Source of the DNA: Alphaproteobacteria bacterium
GTDB taxonomy: Bacteria > Pseudomonadota > Alphaproteobacteria > Bin95
DNA: 64,000 nucleotides
Direction: 5' to 3'
Assembly (NCBI GenBank): GCA_964291285.2
Contig: OZ219785.1
Location: 832,001-896,000 of the forward strand
This document shows positions 49,492 through 59,477 of the stretch, piece by piece; position 1 is the stretch's first letter; every line of letters starts with the position of its first letter. Below the pieces are notes generated by a model that was not told the DNA's origin, ran no database searches, and worked only from the letters and a program-made list of their open reading frames with translations. The translations under genes were made by a program, and so were the position numbers.

Positions 49492-49731
49492 ATGACAACG
49501 ATGAACATATCGCTTCCGGACACCATGAAGGCGTTTGTGGACGATCAGGTCGGCGCGCGCGGCTACAGCAGTTCGAGCGAATATGTCCGCGAGTTGATCC
49601 GCAGGGAACAGGACCGCCAGAACCTGCGCAACATGCTCCTCGAAGGAGCGGCATCGCCGCTGGCGGTTACGGCCGATGCGGATTACTTCGACGGGGTGCG
49701 TCAGCGGATTCGCCAAGCGGCCCAAAAGTGA
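49492..49731 (+). CDS. parD: ParD-family antitoxin
   Basis: MNISLPD...GYSSSSEYVRELIR. Confidence 0.88.
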   Translation: MTTMNISLPDTMKAFVDDQVGARGYSSSSEYVRELIRREQDRQNLRNMLLEGAASPLAVTADADYFDGVRQRIRQAAQK

Positions 49732-50057
49732 GCACCCGGCCGGTCGTCCTGCGAGGGCGGGCGCGGCGCGATTTCGACAATGCTGTGGAGCACTATCTGG
49801 AAGAGGCGGGGCCTGTGCTCGCGGAGGATTTCACAGACGCAGTGGAGGAAACACTGCGCCATGTTGGCGAATCGCCGGCGACTGGCTCTCCTCGTTACGC
49901 CCGCGAACTCGATATTCCCGGCTTGCGCTTCAGAATGACGGGAAAGTTTCCGTATCTCGTGCCTTACGTCGAAAAAGATTCGGTTGTCGAAGTCTGGCGT
50001 ATCCTGCATGGCTCACGGGAAATTCCGACGCGGATGCGGGAACCGGGCGAAGACTGA
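49728..50057 (+). CDS. parE: RelE/ParE-family toxin
   Basis: GTGA overlap; ARRD, PATGS, FPYLV.Y, RILHGSR. Confidence 0.85.
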   Translation: MSTRPVVLRGRARRDFDNAVEHYLEEAGPVLAEDFTDAVEETLRHVGESPATGSPRYARELDIPGLRFRMTGKFPYLVPYVEKDSVVEVWRILHGSREIPTRMREPGED

Positions 50058-50106
50058 CCCGCAGTTCCCGCCGTGCGCCGGGTGAGTGCGGCAGAAAGGC
50101 GAAAGC

Positions 50107-51537
50107 ATGAGCAGCAAAACCACCGTCATCCGCAATGCGGCCTGGATCGCGGCCTGGGACGGCCGCGGGCACCGCTATCTGCGGGACGGGGACGTCGCCT
50201 TTGCGGGGGACAGCATCATTCAGGTGGGCGGCCGCTACGAAGGCGCGGCCGACCGGGTCGTGGACGGTTCGCGCCGCTTCGCCATGCCGGGCCTCGTCAA
50301 CCTGCATTCGCACCCCCACACCGAACCCGCCTACAAGGGGGTCCGCGAGGACCACGGCGTGCCCGAGATGTACGACACCGGGCTCTATGAGCGCATGTGC
50401 GCCTTCGTCCTGGACGCGGACGGCCGCCGCGCGGGAATGGAGATGGCCTATGCTGAGCTGCTGCTCTCCGGCGTCACCACCCTGGTCGATCTCTCGGGGC
50501 CGGTGGAGGGGTGGCTCGAATGCGCGGGCCGGAGCGGTCTTCGCTGTTACATCGGCCCCTATTTCGCCGACGCCCGCTGGTCGCTGCGGGACCGGCACCG
50601 GCTCCGCTTCGACTGGGACGAAGCTGCGGGGCGCCGCGCCTTCGAAGCGGCCGTTGGCGTCATCGAGGAAGCCGAGCGGCACCCGGGCGGGCGGCTGCGC
50701 GGCATCGTCTTTCCCGGACAGATCGAGACCTGCACGGAATCGACCTTGCGCGATGCAGCCGCCTTCGCGCGCGAGACGGGACGTCCGCTCACCACCCACA
50801 TTTCGCAGTCCAAGGTGGAATTCCACGAGATCGTCCGCCGGCACGGCAGGACGCCGCTCGAATATGCCGCCGATATCGGCTTTCTCGGCCCCGACGCCAT
50901 CCTCGGCCACGCCATATTCATCGATGAGCATCCGGACATACGCTGGCGCGGCAATGCCGACCTCGGCCGCCTCGCCGAGTCCGGGGCGTCGGTGGCGCAC
51001 TGTCCCTCGCCCTTCGCCCGCTACGGCCAGGCGATGGACCATTTCGGGCGCTACCGGGCGCGCGGGGTCAATGTCGGGCTCGGCACCGACGTCGCCCCGC
51101 ACAATCTCGCCGAGGAGATGCGGCTTGCCATCCTGCTGGCCCGGGTGATGGCGGGCGACTACCGCGCGGTGGATACATGCGAGATGTTCCGCGCCGCCAC
51201 GGTCGGCGGGGCGGACGCGCTCGGGCGCGGCGACCTCGGCAGGCTCGCGCCCGGCGCGAAGGCGGACATCGTGCTGCTCGACCTCGACCATCCCGCCATG
51301 CGCCCGGCGCGCGACCCGCTGCGCACCTTCGTGTTCGAGGCCGCGGACCGGGCCGTCCGCGAGGTCTTCGTGGACGGCCGGCCCGTGGTCGAGAACGGCC
51401 GGCCGCTCCATCTCGACCCGGAGGGCGCCGCGGCGCAGCTCGAAGAGTCGCAGGCGCGGATGCTGGCGGAGGCGCCCGCGCGCGACTTCCTGGGCCGCGC
51501 GGGCGACGAGATCGCGCCCCATTCGCTCCCCCTCTGA
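50107..51537 (+). CDS. Amidohydrolase (chlorohydrolase/deaminase-like)
   Basis: PGLVNLHSH, TTHISQ, LGHA, GLGTD, GAKAD. Confidence 0.88.
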   Translation: MSSKTTVIRNAAWIAAWDGRGHRYLRDGDVAFAGDSIIQVGGRYEGAADRVVDGSRRFAMPGLVNLHSHPHTEPAYKGVREDHGVPEMYDTGLYERMCAFVLDADGRRAGMEMAYAELLLSGVTTLVDLSGPVEGWLECAGRSGLRCYIGPYFADARWSLRDRHRLRFDWDEAAGRRAFEAAVGVIEEAERHPGGRLRGIVFPGQIETCTESTLRDAAAFARETGRPLTTHISQSKVEFHEIVRRHGRTPLEYAADIGFLGPDAILGHAIFIDEHPDIRWRGNADLGRLAESGASVAHCPSPFARYGQAMDHFGRYRARGVNVGLGTDVAPHNLAEEMRLAILLARVMAGDYRAVDTCEMFRAATVGGADALGRGDLGRLAPGAKADIVLLDLDHPAMRPARDPLRTFVFEAADRAVREVFVDGRPVVENGRPLHLDPEGAAAQLEESQARMLAEAPARDFLGRAGDEIAPHSLPL

Positions 51538-51560
51538 CCCCTCGCAGCAGGACCGCCGCC

Positions 51561-52805
51561 ATGCCGACCCAGCTTCCCAACCTCTCCATCGACGCCGAAC
51601 GCCTCCGAGCGGCGCTCGACCGCTCCTCGGAGATCGGCGCCGGCCCCAAAGGCGGGTTGCGCCGGCTCGCGCTTTCGGACAGCGACGGGGAGATGCGCGA
51701 CCAATTCGTCGAGTGGTGCAAGGCCATCGGCTGCGGGGTGACGGTCGATGAAGCGGGCAGCATCTTCGCCCGGCGCGCAGGCCGGGAGGACGGCCTGCCG
51801 CCGGTCGTCATCGGCAGCCACCTCGACACCCAGGCGGCCGGCGGGCGCTTCGACGGCGTGCTGGGGGTGCTCGCCGGGCTGGAGGTCCTGCGCACGCTCG
51901 ACGACAACGGCATCGTGACGAAGCGGCCTGTCGAGGTCGTCAACTGGACCAACGAGGAGGGCGTGCGCTTTGCCCCGCCCATGGCGGCTTCGCGGGTCTT
52001 CGCAAGCCTCGCGACCGTCGAGTGGCTGCACGACCTGACCGACGACGACGGCATCCGTTACGGAGACGAGCTCCGGCGGATCGGCTATCTGGGCGACGCG
52101 CCGGTTGGCGGACGCGAGCTCGATTCCTATTTCGAGCTGCATATCGAGCAGGACTCGCTGCTGGAGGAAGCGGGCGTGTCGGTCGGCGTGGTGACCGGCG
52201 GCTATTACAGCCACGCGCTCAACTGTGTCTTCCGCGGCGAGTGCGCCCATACCGGGCCGACCGAGATGAAAAAACGCCGGAACGCGATGATGGGCGCGGC
52301 CTATTTCCTCGCCGCCGTCAACGACATCGGCTGGGACTACGAACCCGTCGGCCGCACTTCGGCTTCGCGCATGCAGATCTGGCCGAACCGTTTCGGCATC
52401 CTGCCGGAATATGCCGAGGTCACCGTCGATATGCGCCACACGGACCGCGCGGTCACCGACGAGATGGTGGAGAAGACGCGCGCGGCGCTGGACCGGGCGG
52501 CGGAAAGGGCGCAGGTCGAGGCCGAAATCACCGCCGAATGGACCTTCGGCGACGAGGCGTTCGACCCCGAATGCACCGGCCTCGTGCGCCGGGCGGCCGA
52601 GGCGCGCGGCACCTCCTGCATGGACATGCGCAGCATCGCCGGCCACGACGCCTATTACATCTCGCGCATCGCCCCCACGGCGCTCATATTCAGCCCCTGT
52701 ATCGGCGGCATCACCCACAATGAGGCCGAAGACATCCCCTGGGAGCCGACGGTCGAGGCGGTCACCGTGCTGCTCGACGCCGTCCTCGCCCGGGCGGACC
52801 GGTAG
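51561..52805 (+). CDS. Zn-dependent N-carbamoyl-amino-acid amidohydrolase (M20)
   Basis: GSHLDTQ, GRFDG, NEEG, ELHIEQ, AGHDA, HNEAE. Confidence 0.92.
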   Translation: MPTQLPNLSIDAERLRAALDRSSEIGAGPKGGLRRLALSDSDGEMRDQFVEWCKAIGCGVTVDEAGSIFARRAGREDGLPPVVIGSHLDTQAAGGRFDGVLGVLAGLEVLRTLDDNGIVTKRPVEVVNWTNEEGVRFAPPMAASRVFASLATVEWLHDLTDDDGIRYGDELRRIGYLGDAPVGGRELDSYFELHIEQDSLLEEAGVSVGVVTGGYYSHALNCVFRGECAHTGPTEMKKRRNAMMGAAYFLAAVNDIGWDYEPVGRTSASRMQIWPNRFGILPEYAEVTVDMRHTDRAVTDEMVEKTRAALDRAAERAQVEAEITAEWTFGDEAFDPECTGLVRRAAEARGTSCMDMRSIAGHDAYYISRIAPTALIFSPCIGGITHNEAEDIPWEPTVEAVTVLLDAVLARADR

Positions 52806-52816
52806 GACGCGCGGGC

Positions 52817-53221
52817 CTACAGGTAGTTCGAGACCTCGACGAGATTGCCGTCCGGGTCGCGGAAATAGACCGAGCGGATGGGGCCGAGCGCGCCGCTGCG
52901 CTCCGAGGGCGGGGTCTCGATCCCGACGCCGCAGGCTTCCAGATGCGCGACGACCTCCTCCAGCGGCGTATCCGTTATGAGGCAGAAATCCTCGCCGCCG
53001 CAGCGCGGGTCGCGCGCCCGGTACCAGTCGGTGTCGTCGGGGTGGAGGTTGATCTTGTGCTGTCCGAAGCGGAGCGCCTTGCGCACGATCCCGTCCTGGC
53101 CGATGCCGTCGCGCCCGAAGGTAATGACCTCCATGCCGAGCGCCCTGGCGTAGAACTCGCACGTGGCCTCGACATCCTTCACCCGCATCACGAAATGGTC
53201 GAGCCGGTCGATCCTGAACAT
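52817..53221 (-). CDS. VOC family protein
   Basis: LDHFV, KINLH, SVYFRDPDGNLVE. Confidence 0.9.
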   Translation of the reverse strand: MFRIDRLDHFVMRVKDVEATCEFYARALGMEVITFGRDGIGQDGIVRKALRFGQHKINLHPDDTDWYRARDPRCGGEDFCLITDTPLEEVVAHLEACGVGIETPPSERSGALGPIRSVYFRDPDGNLVEVSNYL

Positions 53222-53244
53222 GCCTGCCTCCCGTGTTCGGCGCG

Positions 53245-54879
53245 CTATCCCGGATTGCTTTCGAACCCGTCCAGCCGGTCGCGCTCGGCGAGGCCGGGAT
53301 CGCGTTCCTCTGCCGGGCCGTAGCCGCCCCCGCCGCCGGTGCGGACGATGAGCCGGTCGCCGCGGCCGAGCGGGAATTGCTGCTTCGAGCGGAGCGGAAT
53401 TCGCTGGCCGCCGCGCTCGACGAGGGTTTCCGCCTTCGCCCCGGGGCCGCCGCCGAACAGGCCCTGCGCGGCGAAGCGGAAGCGGTCCCCGTAGGTCGCA
53501 AAGGTCACGCCCTCGTCAAGGATGCGGTAGATGCGCTGGAAGCCCATGCCGCCGCGCTGGCGCCCGCCGCCGCCCGAGGCCGCGCGCAGGCTGTAGTCCT
53601 CGACGCGGAAGAACGGATAGTCGCTCTCCATCGCCTCGATCGGGATGTTCGAGCAGTTGGACAGCATCGAGTCCACTGCATCGCAGCCGTCATTGCCGGG
53701 GCCCGCCCCGTAGCCGCCGCCGAAGATCTCCAGATAGATGTTGTAGCCGCCGTCATGCTTGTGGCTGATGCAGCTCACCGTCGTCGTGTCGAAACCGGGC
53801 GCAATCACCTTCTCCGGCACGGCGCCGGCAAGCGCGTTCATCACCGCGTTCACCACCCGGTAGCTCGGCAGCAGGCGGGCGCGCACCGGCGCCGGCGGGC
53901 GCGGATTGACGAGGCAGCCATAGGGGGCGGTGACCGCAATGGCGCGTTCCGCGCCCTCATTGAACGGGATGTCGGGGTCCGTCAGCACCGCCTTGATGCA
54001 GGCGATGGCCGAGGAGACGGTGGAGGCGAAGGGGCTGTTCATGTTGGTGGCGACCTGCGGGGCGGTGCCCTCGAAATCGACCGCGATCGAATCCCCGTCG
54101 ATGGTGAGCGTCGCGCGGACCGGCACCGGGTCCTCGCCCCGGCCGTCATCGTCGAGCCATGCCTCGCCCCGGTAGCTGCCGTCGGGCGCGGCCGCAATCG
54201 CGGCCCGGACGCGCCGCTCGGAGTAGTCCAGCATTTCGTCCATCGCCGCGAACACCGTGTCCCGCCCGAACTTGCGGCATAGGCCCTTGAGCCGTTCGCC
54301 GCCAACGGCATTGGCGGCGAACTGCGCGTTGATGTCACCGATGGTGGCCTCCGGCATGCGCACATTGGCGCGCACCAGCCGCTCGAACGGGCCGCCGTTC
54401 CAGTCCCGCTCGACCGAATAGCGGCTCGGCGGCAGGGTGATGCCCTCCTCATGGACGTCGCCGGCATCCGGGTTGAGGCCGGGCGCGCCGCCGCCGAGGT
54501 CTATGTGGTGGACGACCGTCGCCGTGACGCCGACCAGCGCGCCCTGCAGGAAGATCGGCGAGAACAGGAAGATGTCCGGCAGGTGCTGCCCGCCGGAATA
54601 GGGGTCGTTGTTGACGAGGAAATCCCCCTCCCGGAGCGTCTCCAGCGGGTGGTGCTCCAGGCAGGCGCGGAAGGTGTGCGTGACGGAGCCGAGCTGGATC
54701 GGGATGAGGTCGGCCTGGGCCACGACCCGCCCCTTGCGGTCGAGAATGGCGGCCGAGCAGTCCTGGGCTTCGCGCACCACCGGGGAATGGGCCGAGCGGA
54801 TGAGCTTGATCCCCATCTCGTCGGCGGCCGCGATCAGCGCCTGGGTGATGACGGCCTGATCGACCGGCGAAACCTTCAT
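53245..54879 (-). CDS. Hydantoinase B/oxoprolinase family protein
   Basis: SPVVREAQDCS, NDPYSGGQHLPD, SGGGGRQRGG, TGGGGGYG. Confidence 0.92.
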   Translation of the reverse strand: MKVSPVDQAVITQALIAAADEMGIKLIRSAHSPVVREAQDCSAAILDRKGRVVAQADLIPIQLGSVTHTFRACLEHHPLETLREGDFLVNNDPYSGGQHLPDIFLFSPIFLQGALVGVTATVVHHIDLGGGAPGLNPDAGDVHEEGITLPPSRYSVERDWNGGPFERLVRANVRMPEATIGDINAQFAANAVGGERLKGLCRKFGRDTVFAAMDEMLDYSERRVRAAIAAAPDGSYRGEAWLDDDGRGEDPVPVRATLTIDGDSIAVDFEGTAPQVATNMNSPFASTVSSAIACIKAVLTDPDIPFNEGAERAIAVTAPYGCLVNPRPPAPVRARLLPSYRVVNAVMNALAGAVPEKVIAPGFDTTTVSCISHKHDGGYNIYLEIFGGGYGAGPGNDGCDAVDSMLSNCSNIPIEAMESDYPFFRVEDYSLRAASGGGGRQRGGMGFQRIYRILDEGVTFATYGDRFRFAAQGLFGGGPGAKAETLVERGGQRIPLRSKQQFPLGRGDRLIVRTGGGGGYGPAEERDPGLAERDRLDGFESNPG

Positions 54880-56897
54880 GGCCCTGCCCCTTTCCTCAGG
54901 ATCGCATTGCCGTCCCCGTCAGCCGCGGCCGTCCAGCCCGGCGGCGCGTAGATCGTCGCGCTGCCGTCGTCGATCAGCAACGGCCCCGCCACGGCGTCCG
55001 GGCCGAGGTCCGCGCGGGCGAGCAGCCCGGCCTCGAGCGCCTTGCCGCGTTCGGTTAGCGCCGTGCTGCGGGGCGCGGCCCGGCCGTTCGCCGGCGCCCG
55101 GCCCATGGACGGCATGGGCGGCGTCGGCGCCCGGACGCCCACGCGAAAGGACACCACCTCGACCGGGTCGCCGGGCGGTTTCGCGAATTCGAACACCCGC
55201 CGGTGCGCCTCGGCGAACAGCCGGGCAAGCTCCTCCGCCTGCAAGCGGTTGAGGTCCATGCCGGAGAGCGAAACCGGGACCTCGAAAGCCTGGCCCAGAT
55301 AGCGCATCTCCAGCACCCGGTCGAAATCCGCCGCCGCCTCGATCCCGAGTCCGGCCAGATAATCCCGCGCTTCGGCCTGCAGCGCTTCCACCGTATCGCG
55401 GACGGCGCCCATGCTGGCCTCCGAGACCGCAAGCCGCCGGGTCCGGGTCCGGTAATGCACATGGTCCGAAAGCAGCAGACCGGACGCGGAGAGCACGCCG
55501 GCATTGGGCGGCACGACGACGGTCCCGATGGCGAGGTCTTCGGCCACTCTTGCCGCATGCAGCGGACCCGCGCCGCCATAGGGCACCAGCACATAGTCGC
55601 GCGGGTCGCGTCCGCGTTCGGTGGAGACCCGCTGGATGGCGCGCACGATGCTGACTTCGGCGAGGCGGACCACGCTGTCGGCGATTTCCTCCAGGGGCAG
55701 CCCGAAGCGGGCGGCCAGCGGCTCCAGCACCCGGCAGGCCGCCTCGCGGTCCACCGCCATGCGCCCGCCGAGGAAAGCATCCGCCCGGAGCGTGCCGCGC
55801 ACCAGATGGGCGTCCGTCACCGTCGGCCGGTCGCCGCCCCGCCCGTAGCAGGCCGGCCCCGGCGCGGCGCCGGCGGAACTCGGGCCGACGCGCAGCAGGC
55901 CGCCGTCATCGACCCAGGCCAGCGAGCCGCCGCCGGCCCCGACCGAAACGATGTCGATGACCGGCGTCTTCACCGGCAGGCCGTCGATCCGGGTCATGGA
56001 GGCAAGCTCGGGCCGGCCGTCGGCGATCAGCGCCACATCGGTGCTGGTGCCGCCCATGTCGAGCGTGATCAGGTCTCGGAAGCCCGCGCGGGCAACGCTG
56101 CGCACCGCGCCGACCGCGCCCGCCGCGGGGCCGGAGAACAGTGCCGAGATGGCGTTGCGCTCCATGGCTTCGGCCGGCATCCGCCCGCCATTGGACTGCA
56201 TGATCGAGAACCGCCCGGTGAAACCCCGCCCGGCGAGCGCGGCGGAAAACCGGCTGACATATCCCGCCATGACCGGCTGCACATAGGCCGCGAGCGCAGC
56301 GGTCGAGGCGCGCTCATACTCGCGGAATTCCCGCGTGACGTCGCTCGAGCAGGTGACCGGCAACGCCGGCGCCGCCTCGCGGACGATCGCCGCCACCGCT
56401 CGCTCGTGGTCGGGATTGGCGTAGGCATGCAGGAAACAGAGCGCGGCTGCTTCGTATCCGCCCTCCGCCAGCGCCTGCCGGACGAGGCGGGCAGTGGCGG
56501 CGCGGTCCGGCGCCTTGAGCACCCTGCCGTCGGCGGCGATGCGCTCGTCGATCTCGAAGATGTCGCGCCGCGCCACGACCGGCTCGGGCTTGCGGTAGCG
56601 GAGGTCGTAGATCGCCTCCTTGTCGTGGCGCTGGAGCAGCAGAAGGTCGCGCGTGCCCTTCGTCACGAACAGGCAGACCGCGGCGCCCTTGCGTTCGAGC
56701 ACGGCATTGGTCGCCACGGTCGAGCCGTGGACGAGTTCCTCGATCCCGGCCGGGTCGAGGCCGGCGGCGTCGAGCGCGTGCATGGCGCCAAGATCGGGGC
56801 TGGCCGGCGTGCTCGGCACCTTCGCCGTCAGCACGGTCCCGCCCTCGACCGCCACCAGGTCGGTAAAGGTCCCGCCTACTTCAATGCCGACGCGCAT
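54876..56897 (-). CDS. Hydantoinase A/oxoprolinase family protein
   Basis: GGTFTD, HGSTVATN, SGPAAG, DMGGTSTD, GAGGGS, GGAGPLH. Confidence 0.92.
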   Translation of the reverse strand: MRVGIEVGGTFTDLVAVEGGTVLTAKVPSTPASPDLGAMHALDAAGLDPAGIEELVHGSTVATNAVLERKGAAVCLFVTKGTRDLLLLQRHDKEAIYDLRYRKPEPVVARRDIFEIDERIAADGRVLKAPDRAATARLVRQALAEGGYEAAALCFLHAYANPDHERAVAAIVREAAPALPVTCSSDVTREFREYERASTAALAAYVQPVMAGYVSRFSAALAGRGFTGRFSIMQSNGGRMPAEAMERNAISALFSGPAAGAVGAVRSVARAGFRDLITLDMGGTSTDVALIADGRPELASMTRIDGLPVKTPVIDIVSVGAGGGSLAWVDDGGLLRVGPSSAGAAPGPACYGRGGDRPTVTDAHLVRGTLRADAFLGGRMAVDREAACRVLEPLAARFGLPLEEIADSVVRLAEVSIVRAIQRVSTERGRDPRDYVLVPYGGAGPLHAARVAEDLAIGTVVVPPNAGVLSASGLLLSDHVHYRTRTRRLAVSEASMGAVRDTVEALQAEARDYLAGLGIEAAADFDRVLEMRYLGQAFEVPVSLSGMDLNRLQAEELARLFAEAHRRVFEFAKPPGDPVEVVSFRVGVRAPTPPMPSMGRAPANGRAAPRSTALTERGKALEAGLLARADLGPDAVAGPLLIDDGSATIYAPPGWTAAADGDGNAILRKGAGP

Positions 56898-56972
56898 GCC
56901 CGCTCCCGCTCCCCGACAGCCCCCAGCGGCGTGCTAGAGTGCATCCGCGCACACGGGAATGGAAGGCAGGGA

Positions 56973-57107
56973 GTGAAGGCGCCGCGCTTCTCCTACGTCC
57001 GGCCGGAAAGCCGCGAGTTCCTGTCGGGCAATTCCTGCCGCTGCACCGGCTGTCACGCCATTGTCGATACCATTGAGGCGGTCATGGGGGAGCGCGTCCG
57101 TGGCTGA
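56973..57107 (+). pseudogene. Deletion scar fusing the FAD-subunit N-terminus (CoxM-like) to the 2Fe-2S-subunit C-terminus (CoxS-like)
   Basis: VKAPRFSYVRPES joined in frame to REFLSGNSCRCTGCHAIV. Confidence 0.8.
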
Positions 57108-59457
57108 CCGGCCCGAAGCCGTCGGGCGGCCCCTGCCGCGCAGCGGCGCGAGGCGGCTTGCCGCCGGCCGCGGCAAATATGCCGGCGACCTCCTATTCCC
57201 CGGCCTGCTCCACCTCGTCTTCGTCAGAAGCCCCTATGCGCATGCCCGGATCGCGAAGATCGACCCGGCGCCGGCGCTCGCCGCCGTGCCGGGTGCAAGG
57301 GTGTTCACCGGGGCCGACATTGCCCGGGTCTGCACGCCCTGGCAGGGGAAAATGGACCATCTGCCGACGCTGGTCTCGCCGCCGCAGCATGCCGTCGCGG
57401 TGGACCGCGCGGTCTGGCAGGGCGAGCCCGTCGCCGCGGTCGTCGCCGCCAGCCGCGCGCGCGCCGAGGACGCCGCGGCTGCCGTCGCTGTCGAGTGGGA
57501 GCCGCTGGCGCCGGCAGCGGTCCGCGACCGCACGCTGGACGAGGGTGCCGCGCCGGCCCATCCCGAGCTCGGCGGCAATCTCGCTTATGCCGCCGCGGTC
57601 CGGGCCGGCGACCCGGAGGCCGCGCTTGCCGGGGCGGCGCATGTCGTGGAGGGCCGCTTCTCCTTCGCGCGGCATACCGGCGTGCCGCTCGAACCGAGGA
57701 CGGTGATTGCCGACTACGACCCGGGCGAGGGCCGGCTCACCGTCCATGGCAGCCACCAGGCGCCCTGGCACCAGCAGGACACGCTGTCGCGCCATCTCGG
57801 CATCCCCGAACACCTCGTCCGCGTGGTGACGCCCGATATCGGCGGCGGGTTCGGCATCAAGCTGCACATCTATGGCGAGGAGATTGCGGTCTCGGCCGTC
57901 AGCAGGATCCTCGGCCGGCCGGTCAAATATGCCGCCGACCGCCTGGAATCCTTCGTCAGCGACATCCAGGCCCGCGACCAGAGGGTGGAGGCGCGGCTGG
58001 GCGTGGATGCGGACGGCGTCATCCGGGGGCTCACCGTGGACGCGCTCTCCTCCTTCGGCGCCTATGCCTCCTACGGCCGCGCGCCGGTGAATGAAGGCAT
58101 GATGACGATTTCGATGGCCGGCGGCCCCTACGCCAACGGGCACTATGAGGGCCGGCTGCGCATCGCCTTCCAGAACAAGCCGCCGTCCGGCATGTACCGC
58201 GCGGTCGGCCAGCCGATCGCCTGCGCGGTGACCGAGCAGCTTCTCGACCGGGCGGCGCACGCCGCCGGCATCGACCCGGTGGAGATGCGCCGGCGCAACT
58301 ACTGGGCCGGGGACGCCTTTCCGCTGAGGACGCCCGGCGGCATCGCCATGGACCGGCTGAGCCTCCGGCAATGCCTCGACAGGCTGGTCTCCATGATGGG
58401 CTATGACACGCTCCGGGCTGAGCAGGCGGCGCTGCGCCGGAACGGGGTCCATCGCGGCATCGGGGTCGCGACCTTCCTCGAAATGACCGCCATCGGCGCG
58501 GAGCGCTACGGCCCGGCGGGGGCCCGCATCAGCACCCAGGACGGCGCGACGGTGCGGCTGGAGCCGTCCGGCAGGGTGCGCTGCGTCACCTCCGTCATCG
58601 AGATCGGGCAGGGAACCCTGAGCGCGCTCGCACAGATCGTCGCCGACCGCCTGGGCGTGGCGCCGGAGGATGTCGGCGTGGTGGGCGGGGACACGGCGCT
58701 CGCCCCCTATGGCGGCGGCGCCTGGGCCTCGCGCGGGCTGACCATAGGCGGCGAGGCCGCCTGGCGCGCGGCGGAGGGCCTGCGCGGGAACATCCTCGAA
58801 CTCGCCGGCTCGATCCTCCAGGCCGATCCCGCCGGGCTCGACCTTGCCGGCGGCGCGGTCTGCGACCGGGCGACGCGAGAGGCCCGGATCACGCTCGCCG
58901 AAATCGGGCGCATCGGCCATTTCCGCCAGGACACCCTGCCGCCGGGCGTGCAGCCGGAACTCGCCGTCACCCGCCACTATGCGCCCGACGACGTGCCCTT
59001 CGCGCTCGCCAACGGCGTGCAGGGCTCGTCGCTGGAGGTCGATGCACAGACCGGCGGGGTGCGGCTGCTCGGCCACTGGGTGGTCGAGGATTGCGGGCGG
59101 ATCGTCAACCCGCTCCTGGTCGAGGAGCAGATCAGGGGCGGCGTCGTGCAGGGCATCGGCGGGGCGCTGTTCGAGGAATGCCGCTACGACGAGCACGGCC
59201 AGTTGCAGAACGGCAGCCTTGCCGATTACCTGGTTCCGATGGCGGCGGAGCTGCCGGACATCCATGTCGGCCATGTCGAGACCCCGCTCAGGGGCACCGC
59301 GCTCGGCGCCAAGGGGGCGGGCGAGGCCGGGACGGTCGGCGCGCCGGCGGCCGTCCTGCTCGCGGTGAACGACGCGCTCAGGCCGCTCGGCGCGCAGGTC
59401 TCGAGCCTGCCGATCACGCCCGAGGCCGTGCTCAACGCCATCGCGGCGGCGGCCTGA
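57100..59457 (+). CDS. Xanthine dehydrogenase-family molybdopterin-binding subunit
   Basis: VRSPYAHA, GGGFG.K, YRAVGQP, IGQG, QIRGG, KGAGE. Confidence 0.92.
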   Translation: MADRPEAVGRPLPRSGARRLAAGRGKYAGDLLFPGLLHLVFVRSPYAHARIAKIDPAPALAAVPGARVFTGADIARVCTPWQGKMDHLPTLVSPPQHAVAVDRAVWQGEPVAAVVAASRARAEDAAAAVAVEWEPLAPAAVRDRTLDEGAAPAHPELGGNLAYAAAVRAGDPEAALAGAAHVVEGRFSFARHTGVPLEPRTVIADYDPGEGRLTVHGSHQAPWHQQDTLSRHLGIPEHLVRVVTPDIGGGFGIKLHIYGEEIAVSAVSRILGRPVKYAADRLESFVSDIQARDQRVEARLGVDADGVIRGLTVDALSSFGAYASYGRAPVNEGMMTISMAGGPYANGHYEGRLRIAFQNKPPSGMYRAVGQPIACAVTEQLLDRAAHAAGIDPVEMRRRNYWAGDAFPLRTPGGIAMDRLSLRQCLDRLVSMMGYDTLRAEQAALRRNGVHRGIGVATFLEMTAIGAERYGPAGARISTQDGATVRLEPSGRVRCVTSVIEIGQGTLSALAQIVADRLGVAPEDVGVVGGDTALAPYGGGAWASRGLTIGGEAAWRAAEGLRGNILELAGSILQADPAGLDLAGGAVCDRATREARITLAEIGRIGHFRQDTLPPGVQPELAVTRHYAPDDVPFALANGVQGSSLEVDAQTGGVRLLGHWVVEDCGRIVNPLLVEEQIRGGVVQGIGGALFEECRYDEHGQLQNGSLADYLVPMAAELPDIHVGHVETPLRGTALGAKGAGEAGTVGAPAAVLLAVNDALRPLGAQVSSLPITPEAVLNAIAAAA

Positions 59458-59477
59458 GGGGCCGGCGGGGCAACCGG

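Noticed and set aside
57100-59457. Aerobic CO dehydrogenase CoxL
   Set aside because: Active-site loop is MYRAVGQ, not AYxCSFR (form I) or AYRGAGR (form II)
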